A stretch of 64,000 nt of DNA from Macrostomum lignano (Eukaryota): assembly GCA_002269645.1 (NCBI GenBank), contig NIVC01000561.1, positions 124,001-188,000 on the forward strand, given 5' to 3'. This document shows positions 49,557-63,384 of the stretch, piece after piece. The notes beneath the pieces are model-generated. The model was not told where the DNA came from and did not search any database. It saw only the letters and a list, made by a program, of their open reading frames with translations. Made by a program: the position numbers and the translations under genes. Position 1 is the first letter of the stretch. The number at the start of each line of letters is the position of its first letter.

Positions 49557-52453
49557 TCAAATGTACAGCAGGTCGTTGGTGGAGAAGATCTGCACAAACA
49601 GCTTGGCAGCCAGGCGAACTCTCTCGGTCTTATTCGGCCGCATGGGAGACCCGGCGCCGGAGATCTGCCGGTGGCCGTACAGCTGCAGCTCCTGCACGCC
49701 GTCCCCACCTTTGAACCACTCGTCCTGGTCGATTTGGCCGTGCGCCAAAAACGCGTCGACCACAGCTCGTTCGGACCGAATCTCGAATGAGATCACTCGC
49801 TGGTCTGTGCGGCGGTAGAACACTAGCGGCTCGTTCCATTCCGGATCTGAGGTGTTGGCGAGGGCCCGGGTTCGAGCCTTGGACCCGCCGCCTTCGAAAA
49901 ACACCTGACAATAAGGGTTGGCGCCAAGGACGAGGCGGGGCAGTCCGCGAGCGCTGAGCACGAGAACTCTGGTGCCGACTTCCGGGTAGGCGGTGAATGC
50001 GAAGCACAGAGAGGCCGGTGGCTGATCAGCGACCAGCTCGCTGAAGATAGAGAGAGATGGTGGGGTAGAGTGTCTGACAGAGTGATGGTAGAGTGTCTGA
50101 CAGAGTGATGGTAGAGTGTCTGACAGAGTGATGGTAAAATGTCTGACAGAGTGATGGTAGTGTCTGACAGAGTGATGGTAGTGTCTGACAGAGTGATGGT
50201 AGTGTCTGACAGAGTGATGGTAGTGTCTGACAGAGTGATGGTAGTGTCTGACAGAGTGATGGTAGTGTCTAACAGAGTGATGGTAGACTGTCTGACAGAG
50301 TGATGGTAGACTGTCTGACAGAGTGATGGTAGAGTGTCTGTCAGAGTGATGGTAGAGTGTCTGACAGAGTGATGGTAGAGTGTCTGACAGAGTGATGGTA
50401 GACTGTCTGACAGAGTGATGGTAGTGTCTGTCAGAGTGATGGTAGAGTGTCTGACAGAGTGATGGTAGTGTCTAACAGAGTGATGGTAGACTGTCTGACA
50501 GAGTGATGGTAGACTGTCTGACAGAGTGATGGTAGAGTGTCTGTCAGAGTGATGGTAGAGTGTCTGACAGAGTGATGGTAGTGTCTAACAGAGTGATGGT
50601 AGACTGTCTGACAGAGTGATGGTAGACTGTCTGACAGAGTGATGGTAGACTGTCTGACAGAGTGATGGTAGACTGTCTGACAGAGTGATGGTAGACTGTC
50701 TGTCAGAGTGATGGTAGAGTGTCTAACAGAGTGATGGTAGACTGTCTGTCAGAGTGATGGTAGACTGTCTGACGGAGTGATGGTAAAATGTCTGTCAGAG
50801 TGATGGTAGAGTAGAGTGTCTGTCAGAGTGATGGTAGAGTGTCTGTCAGAGTGATGGTAGAGTGTCTGACAGAGTGATGGTAGAGTGTTTGACAGAGTGA
50901 TGGTAGAATGTCTGACAGAGTGATGGTAGAGTGTCTGTCAGAGTGATGGTAGAGTGTCTGACAGAGTGATGGTAGAGTGTCTGACAGAGTGATGGTAGAG
51001 TGTCTGACAGAGTGATGGTAGAGTGTCTGTCAGAGTGATGGTAGAGTGTCTGACAGAGTGATGGTAGAGTGTCTGACAGAGTGATGGTATAGTGTCTCAC
51101 AGAGTGATGGTAGAGTGTCTGACGGAATGACGGTAGAGTGTCAGGCTGTCAGACTCACCGAGCATTGCACGAGGCGCCCCTAGAATAGATTCGCAGGGTG
51201 AAGAAGGCCTCCTGGCTGGCTATTTCGGTGCAGGGCAGCAGGATGTATCTGCCCGGCTCCAGGTGCAGTCCCAGAGTGATTCGCTGCGCACTCGAGCAGG
51301 CTGTGTGGTGCACAACCTGGCAGAAGTCCAACCGGTGAGCTCTGTACTCTCTGTTGGACTCCACCTTCACCAGCAGCAGGCCCATGGATACCAGATCGTG
51401 CGGAGTGGCCTCGAACCGCTGGCTCAAGCTGATGTCCAACTCCAGGTTCGGGTTCGTCACATCGAGCATGTACTGCGGATATTGGTAAAGCATAGCAATG
51501 CTTTTGTTACAGGCACACCTACAGACTACGGTGAAGTCTTTACAGACCCTTATAGACACTCAAGTAGATACTCACACAACACACTAACAGGCCCTTACAG
51601 ACACACTAACAGTCTGTAAAAGTCTGTAACCGTGTCTGTAAGATTCTGTACGTAGTGTTTGTTAGAGTCTGTTAGTGTATCTTTTTATAGTTCTGTTAGT
51701 GTGTCTTCAAAGGTCTGTAAGGATCTGTTAGTGTCTGTAAGGGCCTGTTAATGTGTCTGTAAGGGCCTGTTAATGTGTGATTCGCTTCGCTCTACCAATC
51801 TTAGACACACTAACAGGCCCTTACACACACAGACACACTAACGAGCCCTTACAGACACACTAACAGGCCCTTACAGACACTACGTACAGAATCTTACAGA
51901 CACGGTTACAGACTTTTACAGACTCCCAGATCCCTCTCTCTCCCCCTCTCACCTGCGGATTAGTCAAAGGCCGACCGCCCTTCTCCAGACAGCCGCCAGA
52001 CAGCCACTCAGTCCAGGAGCCTCTGAACACGGCCTCATGCCAGGTGTTCCTCATGGACAGCACCGACAGGTTGTGCACCCGGCACACAATCAGCTCGGAG
52101 AAGTTCTCGAACAGGTCAGCTAAGGACATCCACGAGTCCGAGTCGTCATCGTAGGCGAAGCCGTAGCGATCGAGCTCGGCGTCCGACAGGCTGGCCATCT
52201 CGGAGGAGCCCTCGCTCCACGGGCCACGCCAGGCTCCGCGCCGCTGGCCCGCCGGGTTGCGCACCCGCACGAAGCGGTGCCGGCGCCGCGGGTCGCCGCG
52301 CTGCTGGGCCATCTGCACCAGGTCCTGGAAGCGCAGCGGGTCCGCGGCCACGCAGCGGGTTCCCGTGGCCAGGTAGGCGTGACAGGGGACCAGACCGTGC
52401 TTGGTCTCCGAGTGGGGGTCCGAGCTGGCGGGCTGGGTGGGGCAGGAGCGGTG

Positions 52454-52486
<33 letters not shown>

Positions 52487-52487
52487 C

Positions 52488-52546
<59 letters not shown>

Positions 52547-52571
52547 CACAGACAGACACACAGACAGACAC

Positions 52572-52610
<39 letters not shown>

Positions 52611-52639
52611 CACAGACAGACAGACACACAGACAGACAC

Positions 52640-52670
<31 letters not shown>

Positions 52671-52683
52671 CACAGACAGACAC

Positions 52684-52782
<99 letters not shown>

Positions 52783-52807
52783 CACAGACAGACAGACAGA
52801 CAGACAC

Positions 52808-52882
<75 letters not shown>

Positions 52883-52891
52883 CACAGACAC

Positions 52892-52938
<47 letters not shown>

Positions 52939-55835
52939 CCCCCTTGCAGAGTTTTGCAGCACTACCGGAATGCAAAGCAGACAGAGGCAGAGAGCAGTAG
53001 AAATCAATGCTCAAAAGCTCAAACCGCGGCAAAAGACGCGATCGGCCAGCCAGAACCGGACTGTGCAATCGAGTCAAAGCTCAATCAATCAATTTTGCAG
53101 TGCACTCTCCTGAGTCTCCAACCCACACCGCCTCCCAGATAGCACTGAAACACCGCAATTTTGAACAAATAGCCGCTGCGGCAGTTCCCTAGCTGCAAGC
53201 TCTGGCACTTTGTAGCCGGGGCACATTAAATACAGAAGTACTTTTTGTGTTGGTTAAAATAAAGTTGCGCTATATATGTCAGTCAGTATCAGTACTGAGT
53301 CTGATTCCAAAACTTCAATTTCAGAACCGAAAATCCCTTATTTCAGAACTGGAAATTCCCATATTTTTGAACTAAAAATCCCAATGATTTTCCGATTTCA
53401 AAATTCAAATATTACTTTACAAGCCAAAAAACAGAACTTAAAAAGTTAAGTACTTAAAAGAACAACATGTACTTCAGCTTCATCGTCACTCACGCTCTCC
53501 GCAGCATCAACCGAGGCCGGCGCCACTTTCAGCAGCAGCAGCGACCGCTGCTCCAGCTCTGTCTGCAACCGCTCGAACACCGACACCCGAGTCTTCTCCA
53601 TCGCAGCGCCGCCGGACATGCTGTTAGCAACCAGATCAGGAGAAGCTGATAGCGACACCGAATGGCACAGACCGCCTGTGGCGCACTCCAGACCCTGCTC
53701 AAGTGTCAGCGACTCCAAAGCCCTGTAGGAGCCGAACAACTTAGCTATAGCCTTCTCCAGTAGAGGAGCAAAGTACTCACCGGAGTCTGGCGAGTGCGCG
53801 AACAGCATTGAGGATGATGGTGATGAGGAGGAGGCTGACCGAGGCAGCCGGTCGTCGATCACAACTCGATACGGTTCGTCATTAAAGTGCAACCGGAAAT
53901 GGAATGCGCCAGTGAAACGAACCGGGTCCAGCAGCTCCTGCTCCTGGGAGCGAAGATCCGGCATGGCCTGGATGGCATGGGGACGTATATCGGCTGATTT
54001 TGTTTTTTAAACTTTCGGTTCTGTCTCTCACGTACCTTCTCGGCATACTCCGGCCAGATCAGCAGCGCCGCGGCAACTGCCGGCACCCAGCAGGTGCCGA
54101 GAGAACCGTGGCAGAGCTCCCGGCTTCGTTTCTCTCGGATGAGCAGGCAGGGCGACTCAGAGATCGTCTGTATACGAGTGCGAGGATTGGGGATAGTGTT
54201 TTAGATGGGATAATATTGGCAAGTTCAGCAACTCAAATTCGGTAATCAAACTCGGTATTTGAAGGATTTAATCCAATGAGGAACAATGGGGATGAGGATA
54301 TGCAGATATTTAGGATCTAAATTCCATGGTTAAGAATGAGGATCTGCAGGTTTTGGGATCTAAATCCCATGGTTAAGAATGAAGATTTACAGATTTTGGG
54401 ATCTAAATCCCATGGTTAAAAATGAGGATCTACAGATTTTTTTATCTAAATCCCACGGTTAAGAATGAGGATCTGCAGGTTTTGGGATCTAAATTCCATG
54501 GTTAAGAAATAAGAATGAGGATCTGCAGGTTTTGGGATCTAAATTCCATGGTTAAGAATGAGGATCTGCAGGTTTTGGGATCTAAATCCCATGGTTAAGA
54601 ATGAGGATCTGCAGATTTTGGGATCTAAATCCCATGGTTAAGAATGAGGATCTGCAGGTTTTGGGATCTAAATCCCATGGTTAAGAATGAGGATCTGCAG
54701 GTTTTGGGATCTAAATCCCATGGTTAAGAATGAGGATCTGCAGATTTTGGGATCTAAATCCCATGGTTAAGAATGAGGATCTGCAGGTTTTGGGATCTAA
54801 ATTCCATGGTTAAGAATGAGGATCTGCAGATTTTTGGGATCTAAATCCCATGGTTAAGAATGAGGATCTGCAGATTTTTGGGATCTATATACCAAGGTTA
54901 AGAATGAGGATCTGCAGATTTTTGGGATCTATATACCAAGGTTAAGAATGAGGATCTGCAGATTTTTGAGATCTAAATCCCATGGTTAAGAATGAGGATC
55001 TGCAGATTTTTGGGATCTATATACCAAGGTTAAGAATGAGGATCTGCAGATTTTTGAGATCTAAATCCCATGGTTAAGAGTGAGGATCTGCAGGTTTTGG
55101 GATCTATATCCCATGGTTAAGAATGAGGATCTGCAGATTTTTGGGATCTAAATCCCATGGTTAAGAATGAGGATCTGCAGATTTTTGGGATCTAAATCCC
55201 ATGGTTAAGAATGAGGATCTGCAGATTTTTGGGATCTAAATCCCATGGTTAAGAATGAGGATCTGCAGATTTTTGGGATCTAAATCCCATGGTTAAGAAT
55301 GAGGATCTGCAGATTTTGGGATCTAAATCCCATGGTTAAGAATGAGGATCTGCAGATTTTGGGATCTAAATCCCATGGTTAAGAATGAGGATATGCAGAT
55401 TGTTTGGGATCTAAATCCCATGGTTAAGAATGAGGATCTGCAGATTTTGGGATCTAAATCCCATGGTTAAGAATGAGGATCTGCAGATTTTTGGGATCTA
55501 AATCCCATGGTTAAGAATGAGGATCTGCAGATTTTTGGGATCTATATACCAAGGTTAAGAATAAGGATTTGTATACTGATGGGATCTAAATTTTACAATT
55601 TCAATGTAATTTACTAAAAACTAATCTTAAAACAACAATGAAACTATATTACCTTAATCCGATCCCACCGAATCGAGTTGTCAGAAACATCAACAGAGAA
55701 CAGTGACTGAGCATTGGCTGGAAATTTGGCATCCTCAAAAACTGTGCCAGAATTTTGGCACTGCTTTTGAATATCCTTGAAGCGTTGATTTTGAAAATCT
55801 GTTGGTGACTCAAGAAGCTTCAGAAATGCCGCCAT
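49557..55835 (-). CDS. CAPN5: Calpain-5/TRA-3-type calpain (CysPc + C2-like domain III + C-terminal C2); exons 55835-55653, 54167-54036, 53967-53473, 52432-51953, 51472-51159, 50040-49557; 695 aa
   Basis: In-phase GT-AG splicing (2088 nt) gives [15 protein letters not shown] (Cys), [29 protein letters not shown] (His), VRNPAG (Asn), domain III (NPQY...[12 protein letters not shown]...FTLRIYS) and C2 (ANPYCQV...[13 protein letters not shown]). There is no penta-EF domain. Orthology is untested. Confidence 0.88.
50055..51140. repeat. 23-bp minisatellite (AGAGTGTCTGACAGAGTGATGGT) in calpain intron 5
   Basis: Tandem array filling the intron. Confidence 0.95.
51611..51924. repeat. Foldback/inverted repeat in calpain intron 4 (47-bp perfect arms)
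   Basis: 51611-51657 is the exact reverse complement of 51878-51924. Internal ctgtaagggcctgtta / taacaggcccttacag subrepeats are also inverted. Confidence 0.85.
52455..52938. repeat. (GACA)n microsatellite in calpain intron 3
   Basis: GACA/CACA run next to the exon-4 acceptor. Confidence 0.97.
54290..55560. repeat. 43-44-bp minisatellite (GGGATCTAAATCCCATGGTTAAGAATGAGGATCTGCAGATTTT) in calpain intron 1
   Basis: Roughly 28-29 tandem units. Confidence 0.95.
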
Positions 55836-57670
55836 TATAATTCAGCATTAATAAACTAGAAGAAAAGCTGCAATGAAATATTAGTATACAAGAATTGATT
55901 GTATAAAAGTTCAACACAGTTTACTTTAATTATTCCTAGATTGTTAGGGAATCGCTTAATATTAATTTCAATTTGACTTTTTGCATTTCCCTATTCACTT
56001 TATTTTCATCTTTTACATAGGTCTAGGCCTAGTTAATGCTATAAAATCTACATTATAATTTTACTCTCAGTAAAACCAACCAACAAATGCTATTTAATTT
56101 GTGATAAGTAGTGATAAGTAATTTGTGATTTAGTTTTTGTTTTATTTAATAAGTAGGGCATTAAAATTTATAATATTAAAATGTAAAGAGATTTGAGATG
56201 CTTGTGGTTTTTTAAATACTATTATATGAGTTAATTAAAGGTAATTAATTTTATCCTACAAAACTATTTACTAGATAGATATAGATAACAATGCAGCTAC
56301 TTATAGAAAAAATTCATTAATTTTTTCCAAATTTCATCTAACTTGCATAAATAAACAGACTTAGTCTATAAGTATTTGTAAAGAAAGAACAAATAAGCAA
56401 TAGCATGGAATGGAATAATTCTGAGTAAACCTAAAAATTAAATATCTTAAATCGGCACTGAAACATATAATTTGCTAGACTATAGGCGGTTATGTAAGCA
56501 TTTTTGTTTTTTGGCTTTGGTAATGCCCCAGGTAGGGAATATCAAAGCCACGAACTAAAAGGGGCAATGGAGCTCACCTTGTTTGCCTAAAAAAATCTAC
56601 AAAAGTTATGAAGTTGAATTCTGATCCACACGGAAATTCTAAACAACATCGTTAGCAACGAGTTTAACAGAATCATATGCCAAACTAAAAGCAGCTAATA
56701 CTTTTACATGACATGCTAGAACTAACTAAGGCTAAGAGAAAATATAATATCTATATTTTTAATTAGAACAGTGCTTGGATTGCTTTGAGCTTGGACTGTG
56801 CTACGATTATTAACCGGACCTTTTGCACCAAAATCTTCGGTCAGTGGGGTAAAAAAACATTCCGCATCCTGTCAGAACGTATTTACTCCCCCTTATTAAC
56901 GCGGTTATATATTGAATGCAATACAGTGCTAAGCCACCCATGTACTGTATTATATTTTATAACGCACGGAAGAAACGACAAGTGCTTTCGCGGCGGAGCG
57001 AATCGACTACGCTTAATTTAGAAAACGTGAGCTGAGATGACTAACGAGAGAAAGCCTCATTCACAAAATTACAAATTTAGAGCCAAGAGGTGTAGAATAA
57101 CGGATTGGAATTTGCCATCCTTGTCAAGAATTAATTGTTAAGATTATTTTTTAAAAGAGGACATACAGAGTTGTCTTTATCTATCGACTCGATATAGCGC
57201 AGACGAACGAACTCGCGCGATCAATAAAGGTCAAAGATAATTGATACGCTGGTAATAATGAATATTGAATAATAAGTTTTGTTCTGATTCACTGAAGCTT
57301 TATCAATAATATGACAATGAAATTTATTTTTATCATTTTTATTGATCGAACGAAATGAATAGATGGCACAATCCACAATGGGCATGCACCCATCAACAAG
57401 CTTTGCCTCCGCGGCTCCGCCTTCAACCTCAAATGCCACATCCTCTTCATCTTCACTCTTCACAATCATTTTAGTTTGGAGTCTGGACTGTACCGCCATC
57501 AGCGGATTCACACTACGAGAAAATGCATGTGATGCGATGATATGATTATGATTTATGAACTTATGAACTTATATAGTACAACAGGGGTTTAGATGGATCC
57601 AGATTCCAGAACAAGGTTTAGGACCAGAAGTCCAGGAGACCCGGAACAGGTTCATTCAGGGTGCAGCCAA

Positions 57671-57749
57671 GGACTTCTAGACTAACTAGAAGTCTAGAAA
57701 TCTAGTTAGTCTAGTTAGTTAGTTCTACTTCTAGTTAGTCTAGAAGTCC
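57671..57749. other. Nested palindrome (23-bp perfect inverted arms)
   Basis: ggacttctagactaactagaagt (57671-57693) is the reverse complement of 57727-57749. Each arm is itself a hairpin. Confidence 0.85.
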
Positions 57750-60269
57750 AGCTTGAGTGCAGCCGACACGAGAACAGCAGTGGCACGTGGCCAAATGCAA
57801 ATGCCAATGCCATGCCAAAACGTTTCACAATTTCCCATTCAAATCAACTTGCATATTGGATTGGAATTTGGAATTGCATTGCATCACCCAGGCGGCCCAG
57901 CCCAAATACAGGCCCGCGAATTTGCGATACCCTTTCATTTGAAAAAAGTTAAGACTTGGACTGGGGCTAACGTGATCGTGGATGGAAAGAAAGGATTGAT
58001 AAAATAGAGGGGGGGGGCCTTCGCTAGTTCTGTCTAACTAAAAGGCCCAGTAGGAGGCCTTCACTTTGGAGTTAAAGGATTTTCCTTCTCTCTGTCCCAG
58101 TCAAGACCAATGATTCAGACTGGGGAGCGGGGCCCGCGGGTCGAAATGTACATTTCTGCCTGCCGGGCCCGCGCGGTTTGTGCCTTCGCACAGACCCCAC
58201 CCCCCCAGCCAACCACCCCACCACCGCCAAATCCCTCCCCCCTTTCCTTACAGTCTGAAAACTTTGCTATATAGCGCCCGCGAAGGCCTCCCTCACGCTT
58301 GTGGCCTTCGCTTTCCCTCTCCAGTCTCTCCCTCTCTTGGCGTATCTGCCAGTGCCACTGCCAGGCTCCTCTCTAGTAAGTCTGTCCCTTCCCTTCGCAT
58401 AGCGTATCCAATCTATATATCTGATATTTTAAACTTACACCATCCTTTTCGTTTCCACCAAGCCCGCTATATGCGCAATTTATATTATAAGTAAGTTCTT
58501 GTTAAACAGTTGAATTTTACCCTAACAACTGCAACTGAGTCTGAACTGAAGTGCCTAAGAAGCCTGCTATAATATGACTTCAGAATTGAGAAACGCGCAA
58601 GCAATTTGCTTTGCTTCATCGAGTTAGTTCTGTCTGTCTTACACGGGACCATGCTTTTTTGCATTCGCATGCCGCTGTTATGTAAAAACTTACATCGACA
58701 TAGCCATGGAATGTAAAGAAGTATGTTCTTCGGAGACATTAATCAACAATTTACCCTATTTCTGTATTCTGACCCGTTACATCCTTCGTTTAGTTTAAAT
58801 ATGCGCTCTCGTAGAGGAGAGGCCCGCCTACCCTACCGTACCTCGTCAAGCTAATCAAGATTGTATTCTAAATTCCAGCAGTAATAATTAATAAATACCG
58901 ATGCAATGAATTATAATTTCCTCGTTTTACGAGCTAAGCTGTTGTGTTTCCTTCTTGTATCATTTTACATTCGATCAATGTTCGCTTCAAAGTTCAGAGC
59001 TATCCGTTTAAGAAATCGGGAACATTAGAGTCAGAGACTACTAAAAATGTAACTTCACAATTCCCACGCATCAAGGTGGGCACGGTCAGGCCTCTGAGGG
59101 AGGGGATCCTTTGAAAAATGGCAATCCTTAAGCTTAAGCTCTTCTTCAGCTCTCTCTAATCTACTCTCCTCTGCTCTTTCCTTTCTTCTCTCTTCTCCAT
59201 GCCTTCATTCCCTCTCTTCTTTACTCTTCTCTCCTCTCTCTTCTCACCTTTTTCCCTCTTCTATTATCTCTCCTCTCCTCTCTGCCTCGTATTCTCCCTA
59301 GCGCCAAGATGATCTGACCCTTGTGGTAAAAAAAGTTGTGAAAAAAGCATGCACGAATCCTGCTTTGCACCATTTGGCTTTAGAAAATAATTTTTAGTAT
59401 AGTGGATGAATGGATCGAATCGAATATTGCTCTGCGCTGCACTAGCCATGCTCTGCTGCAGTCAATCAATAACCTAAAGCCCCGAGGTCCCAGACTCCCT
59501 CAGCTCTCTTTAGCTCTATTATGCCTAGCACTCCACTATGCCACATATTTACAAGCAATAGTGTGGCTGGCTAGATCCCTATGAAGTTTTACGAACGAGC
59601 ATTTTCCCCACTGCCACATCCCCCAAGCGCCTTCCCATGCCCACATCCCGTCCCTATTATAAAATTTTCCCAAATGCGCTATATACATGTAAGTCATATA
59701 AAGTAATATAAGTCAAACCATATTCCAGCTGGGATGCGGAACTGCAAACAGGATTTGGGAATTGGGATATTCTAGCTAGTGGGTAACTACTGCAATATCT
59801 TTAGATTAAATAATAATTTACATGTAAACTTAACTGCTATAAGGTCACAGCCCTATATACTGTACTGTACATGTATACAGGCGTTAACAGTACTCGCACT
59901 CGGATGATGTACATAGATATACTCGTAGGTCGGTAGTTCCGGATTTACTAAGGTACATGTTCACATTTACCTACACCAGTATATGTTTGCACTTATATTG
60001 CACACATTAACGCTTGTACATCTTCTATGTTCTCGGAAATCGGGAAAATGGAGACAGGCAGTAATTGCCTGCAAACTTGTGGTGTATGCAGAGGGGGTAT
60101 TGGGGCCCCGTGCCCCTTCTCATGCAATTGCCCCGGCCCCCAACAAAATAAATCTTGCGCTGCTCTAAACACTGGAATAGAAGAGGACAAAACAAGCTCG
60201 ACGAAATCACGGAGCTCAAATTAAGATGCTGCCTCTTTCATGCACCGGGCAGGGTAGGGCGTGACAAAT

Positions 60270-62165
60270 AAGACAGGATTGCCCACCAAAAGAGACAGGA
60301 GCGCCCACCAAGAGACAGGGGCACCCACCAAGAGACAGGGGTGCCCATCAAGACAGGGGCACCCACCAAGAGACAGGGGTGCCCATCAAGAGACAGGGGC
60401 ACCCACCAAGAGACAGGGGCGCCCATCAAGAGACAGGGGCACCCACCAAGAGACAGGAGCGCCCACGAAGAGACAGGAGCGCCCACCGAGAGACAGACAG
60501 GAGCGCCCACCAAGAGACGGGGGCGCCCACCAAGAGACGGGGGCACCCACCAAGAGACAGGGGCACCCACCAAGAGACAGGGGTGCCCATCAAAAGACAG
60601 GGGCACCCACCAAGAGACAGGGGGGCCCATCAAGAGACAGGGGCACCCACCAAGAGACAGGGGCGCCCATCAAGAGACAGGGGCACCCACCAAGAGACAG
60701 GAGCGCCCACGAAGAGACAGGAGCGCCCACCGAGAGACAGACAGGAGCGCCCACCAAGAGACGGGGGCGCCCACCAAGAGACGGGGGCACCCACCAAGAG
60801 ACAGGGGCGCCCACTAAGAGACAGGAGCGCCCACCAAGAGACAGGGGCGCCCACCAAGAGACAGGGGCGCCCACTAAGAGACAGGGGCGCCCATCAAGAG
60901 ACAGGGGCGCCCACCAAGAGACAGGGGCGCCCACCAAGAGACAGGGGCGCCCACCAAGAGACAGGGGCACCCACCAAGAGACAGGGGCACCCACCAAGAG
61001 ACAGGAGCGCCCACCAAGAGACAGACAGGAGCGCCCACCAAGAGACAGGGGCACCCACCAAGAGATAGGGGGCGCCCACCAAGAGACGGGGGCACCCACC
61101 AAGAGACGGGGGCGCCCACCAAGAGACAGACAGGAGCGCCCACCAAGAGACAGGAGCGCCCACCAAGAGACAGGGGCGCCCACCAAGAGACAGGGGCGCC
61201 CACCAAGAGACAGGAGCGCCCACCAAGAGACAGATAGGAGCGCCCACCAAGAGACAGGAGCGCCCACCAAGAGACAGGGGCACCCACCAAGAGACAGGGG
61301 CGCCCACCAAGAGACAGGGGCACCCACCAAGAGACAGGGGCACCCACCAAGAGACAGGGGCGCCCACCAAGAGACAGGGGCGCCCACTAAGAGACAGGGG
61401 CGCCCATCAAGAGACAGGGGCGCCCACCAAGAGACAGGAGCGCCCACCAAGAGACAGACAGGAGCGCCCACCAAGAGACAGGGGCACCCACCAAGAGATA
61501 GGGGGCGCCCACCAAGAGACGGGGGCACCCACCAAGAGACGGGGGCGCCCACCAAGAGACAGGGGCGCCCACCAAGAGACAGGAGCGCCCACCAAGAGAC
61601 AGACAGGAGCGCCCACCAAGAGACAGGGGCGCCCACCAAGAGACAGGGGCACCCACCAAGAGACAGGGGCGCCCACCAAGAGACAGGGGCGCCCACCAAG
61701 AGACAGGGGCGCCCACCAAGAGACAGGGGCGCCCACCAAGAGACAGGGGCGCCCACCAAGAGACAGGGGCGCCCACCAAGAGACAGGGGCGCCCACCAAG
61801 AGACAGGGGCGCCCACCAAGAGACAGGGGCGCCCACCAAGAGACAGGGGCACCCACCAAGAGACAGGGGCACCCACCAAGAGACAGGAGCGCCCACCAAG
61901 AGACAGACAGGAGCGCCCACCAAGAGACGGGGGCGCCCACCAAGAGACGGGGGCACCCACCAAGAGACGGGGGCACCCACCAAGAGACAGGGGCACCCAC
62001 CAAGAGACAGGAGCGCCCACCAAGAGACAGACAGGAGCGCCCACCAAGAGACGGGGGCGCCCACCAAGAGACGGGGGCACCCACCAAGAGACGGGGGCAC
62101 CCACCAAGAGACAGGGGCACCCACCAAGAGACGGGGGCGCCCACCAAGAGACGGGCGCCAACCAA
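60270..62165. repeat. 20-bp minisatellite (CCACCAAGAGACAGGGGCGC), ~1.9 kb
   Basis: Period-20 array with +4 (gaca) variants. It explains the HQETGAPTKR / LLVGAPVSWW ORFs. Confidence 0.96.
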
Positions 62166-63384
62166 AGCACGACATATCGGCGCCCCTTAGGTTTGGGAAC
62201 TTTGGGGCCTTTAAAATTGATCAGCTTTACTCTCCTTACTGCCCGTGCCCCCCACTGTGCCTTACATTCACCTTTTTACAGTGCAAGAAACCTAGTGGTT
62301 TAAAACCTAGCTTATCTGTGACTAACAGGCCCTATAAAAGAAGCAAACAGACTACAGAGCAGACTCCTTATCAGTGAAACAAAATATAGTTTAGCCTAGA
62401 TCTTGTATATAACTTAACACTATATATTAGACTTGGTAAGTAAAGTTTAGTAATTTACTGTATAACAATATGCATTATAAATTAACGGACCGTGCTTGCA
62501 GATTACTATATTTAACTTTGAAAATTAATAGGAAGTCGTGAAATCCCAAGAATCCCAAATATTTTTTAAACTCAAACGAAAACAGCACCCAGCTTGAAAA
62601 AACTGCCAAATAAGGGTGCGAAAATAACTGTTAATTTTTCATGGCACACATTTTTTATTTTCTTGAGTAGCTGCAGCCTCCCAGAGACCCAGACAAGAGA
62701 AAAGTCTGGCAAACTTTATAACTGCCTCGCTGCATGCTTTGTTTTAAATTGATACCAAAATAAAAAACTGCACGTCGCTTTCTAGTGAGCCTACTGTAAG
62801 TAAGTTATATAGAGTTTTTTTAAACCTGTAGCATGCGAATTCCATTTTATCTATACACAATGACCATGGACCCCCACACCAAACTCAGACAAACAAAGAG
62901 GAAAGGAAATATGAAACAGAAGATGACTCATAGCTCTTTATTTTGACATCCTAAAATTTCTAAAAACTACGCATGATTAAAGCATGTCTGGATTTAGCAA
63001 CCATAATTAAAACAACCATAAGTAGCATAATTAAAATAATTTCTCTGTACACCTATATTATAGTAACAAGAGCATCTAAACTTGAGAATTACATTCGGAA
63101 CCCATGTTTGTTCACGTATTAAAATTGATAATAAGGTACACATGCACGAAGTCAATTCTTTTAAAAACTTTTAGGAACACGTGACCTGATCGACTTTTAT
63201 GCCCCAGAAAAAAATCACAACATCAAAATGCACCATGGTATTTATAAGTATAATCAATAATTCGAAAGTAATTTGAAGCTTAAACGCATCAGGAAATTGC
63301 ATAGCGTATAGTAGTTTCTCAGGAGTTACATGCATTTTGAAGGGGTAACCATTTAATTTCATATAGCGTTGGCGTCAGCAATCG

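Noticed and set aside
57221-57511. Minus-strand ORF MNPLMAVQSRLQ...EDEEDVAFEVEGG as an extra calpain or separate gene exon
   Set aside because: No recognisable domain, and the calpain model is complete from 55835. Cannot be supported without transcripts.
58275-58315. 9-bp hairpin gcgaaggcc...ggccttcgc as an HDV-like ribozyme
   Set aside because: The nested double-pseudoknot pairings could not be completed.
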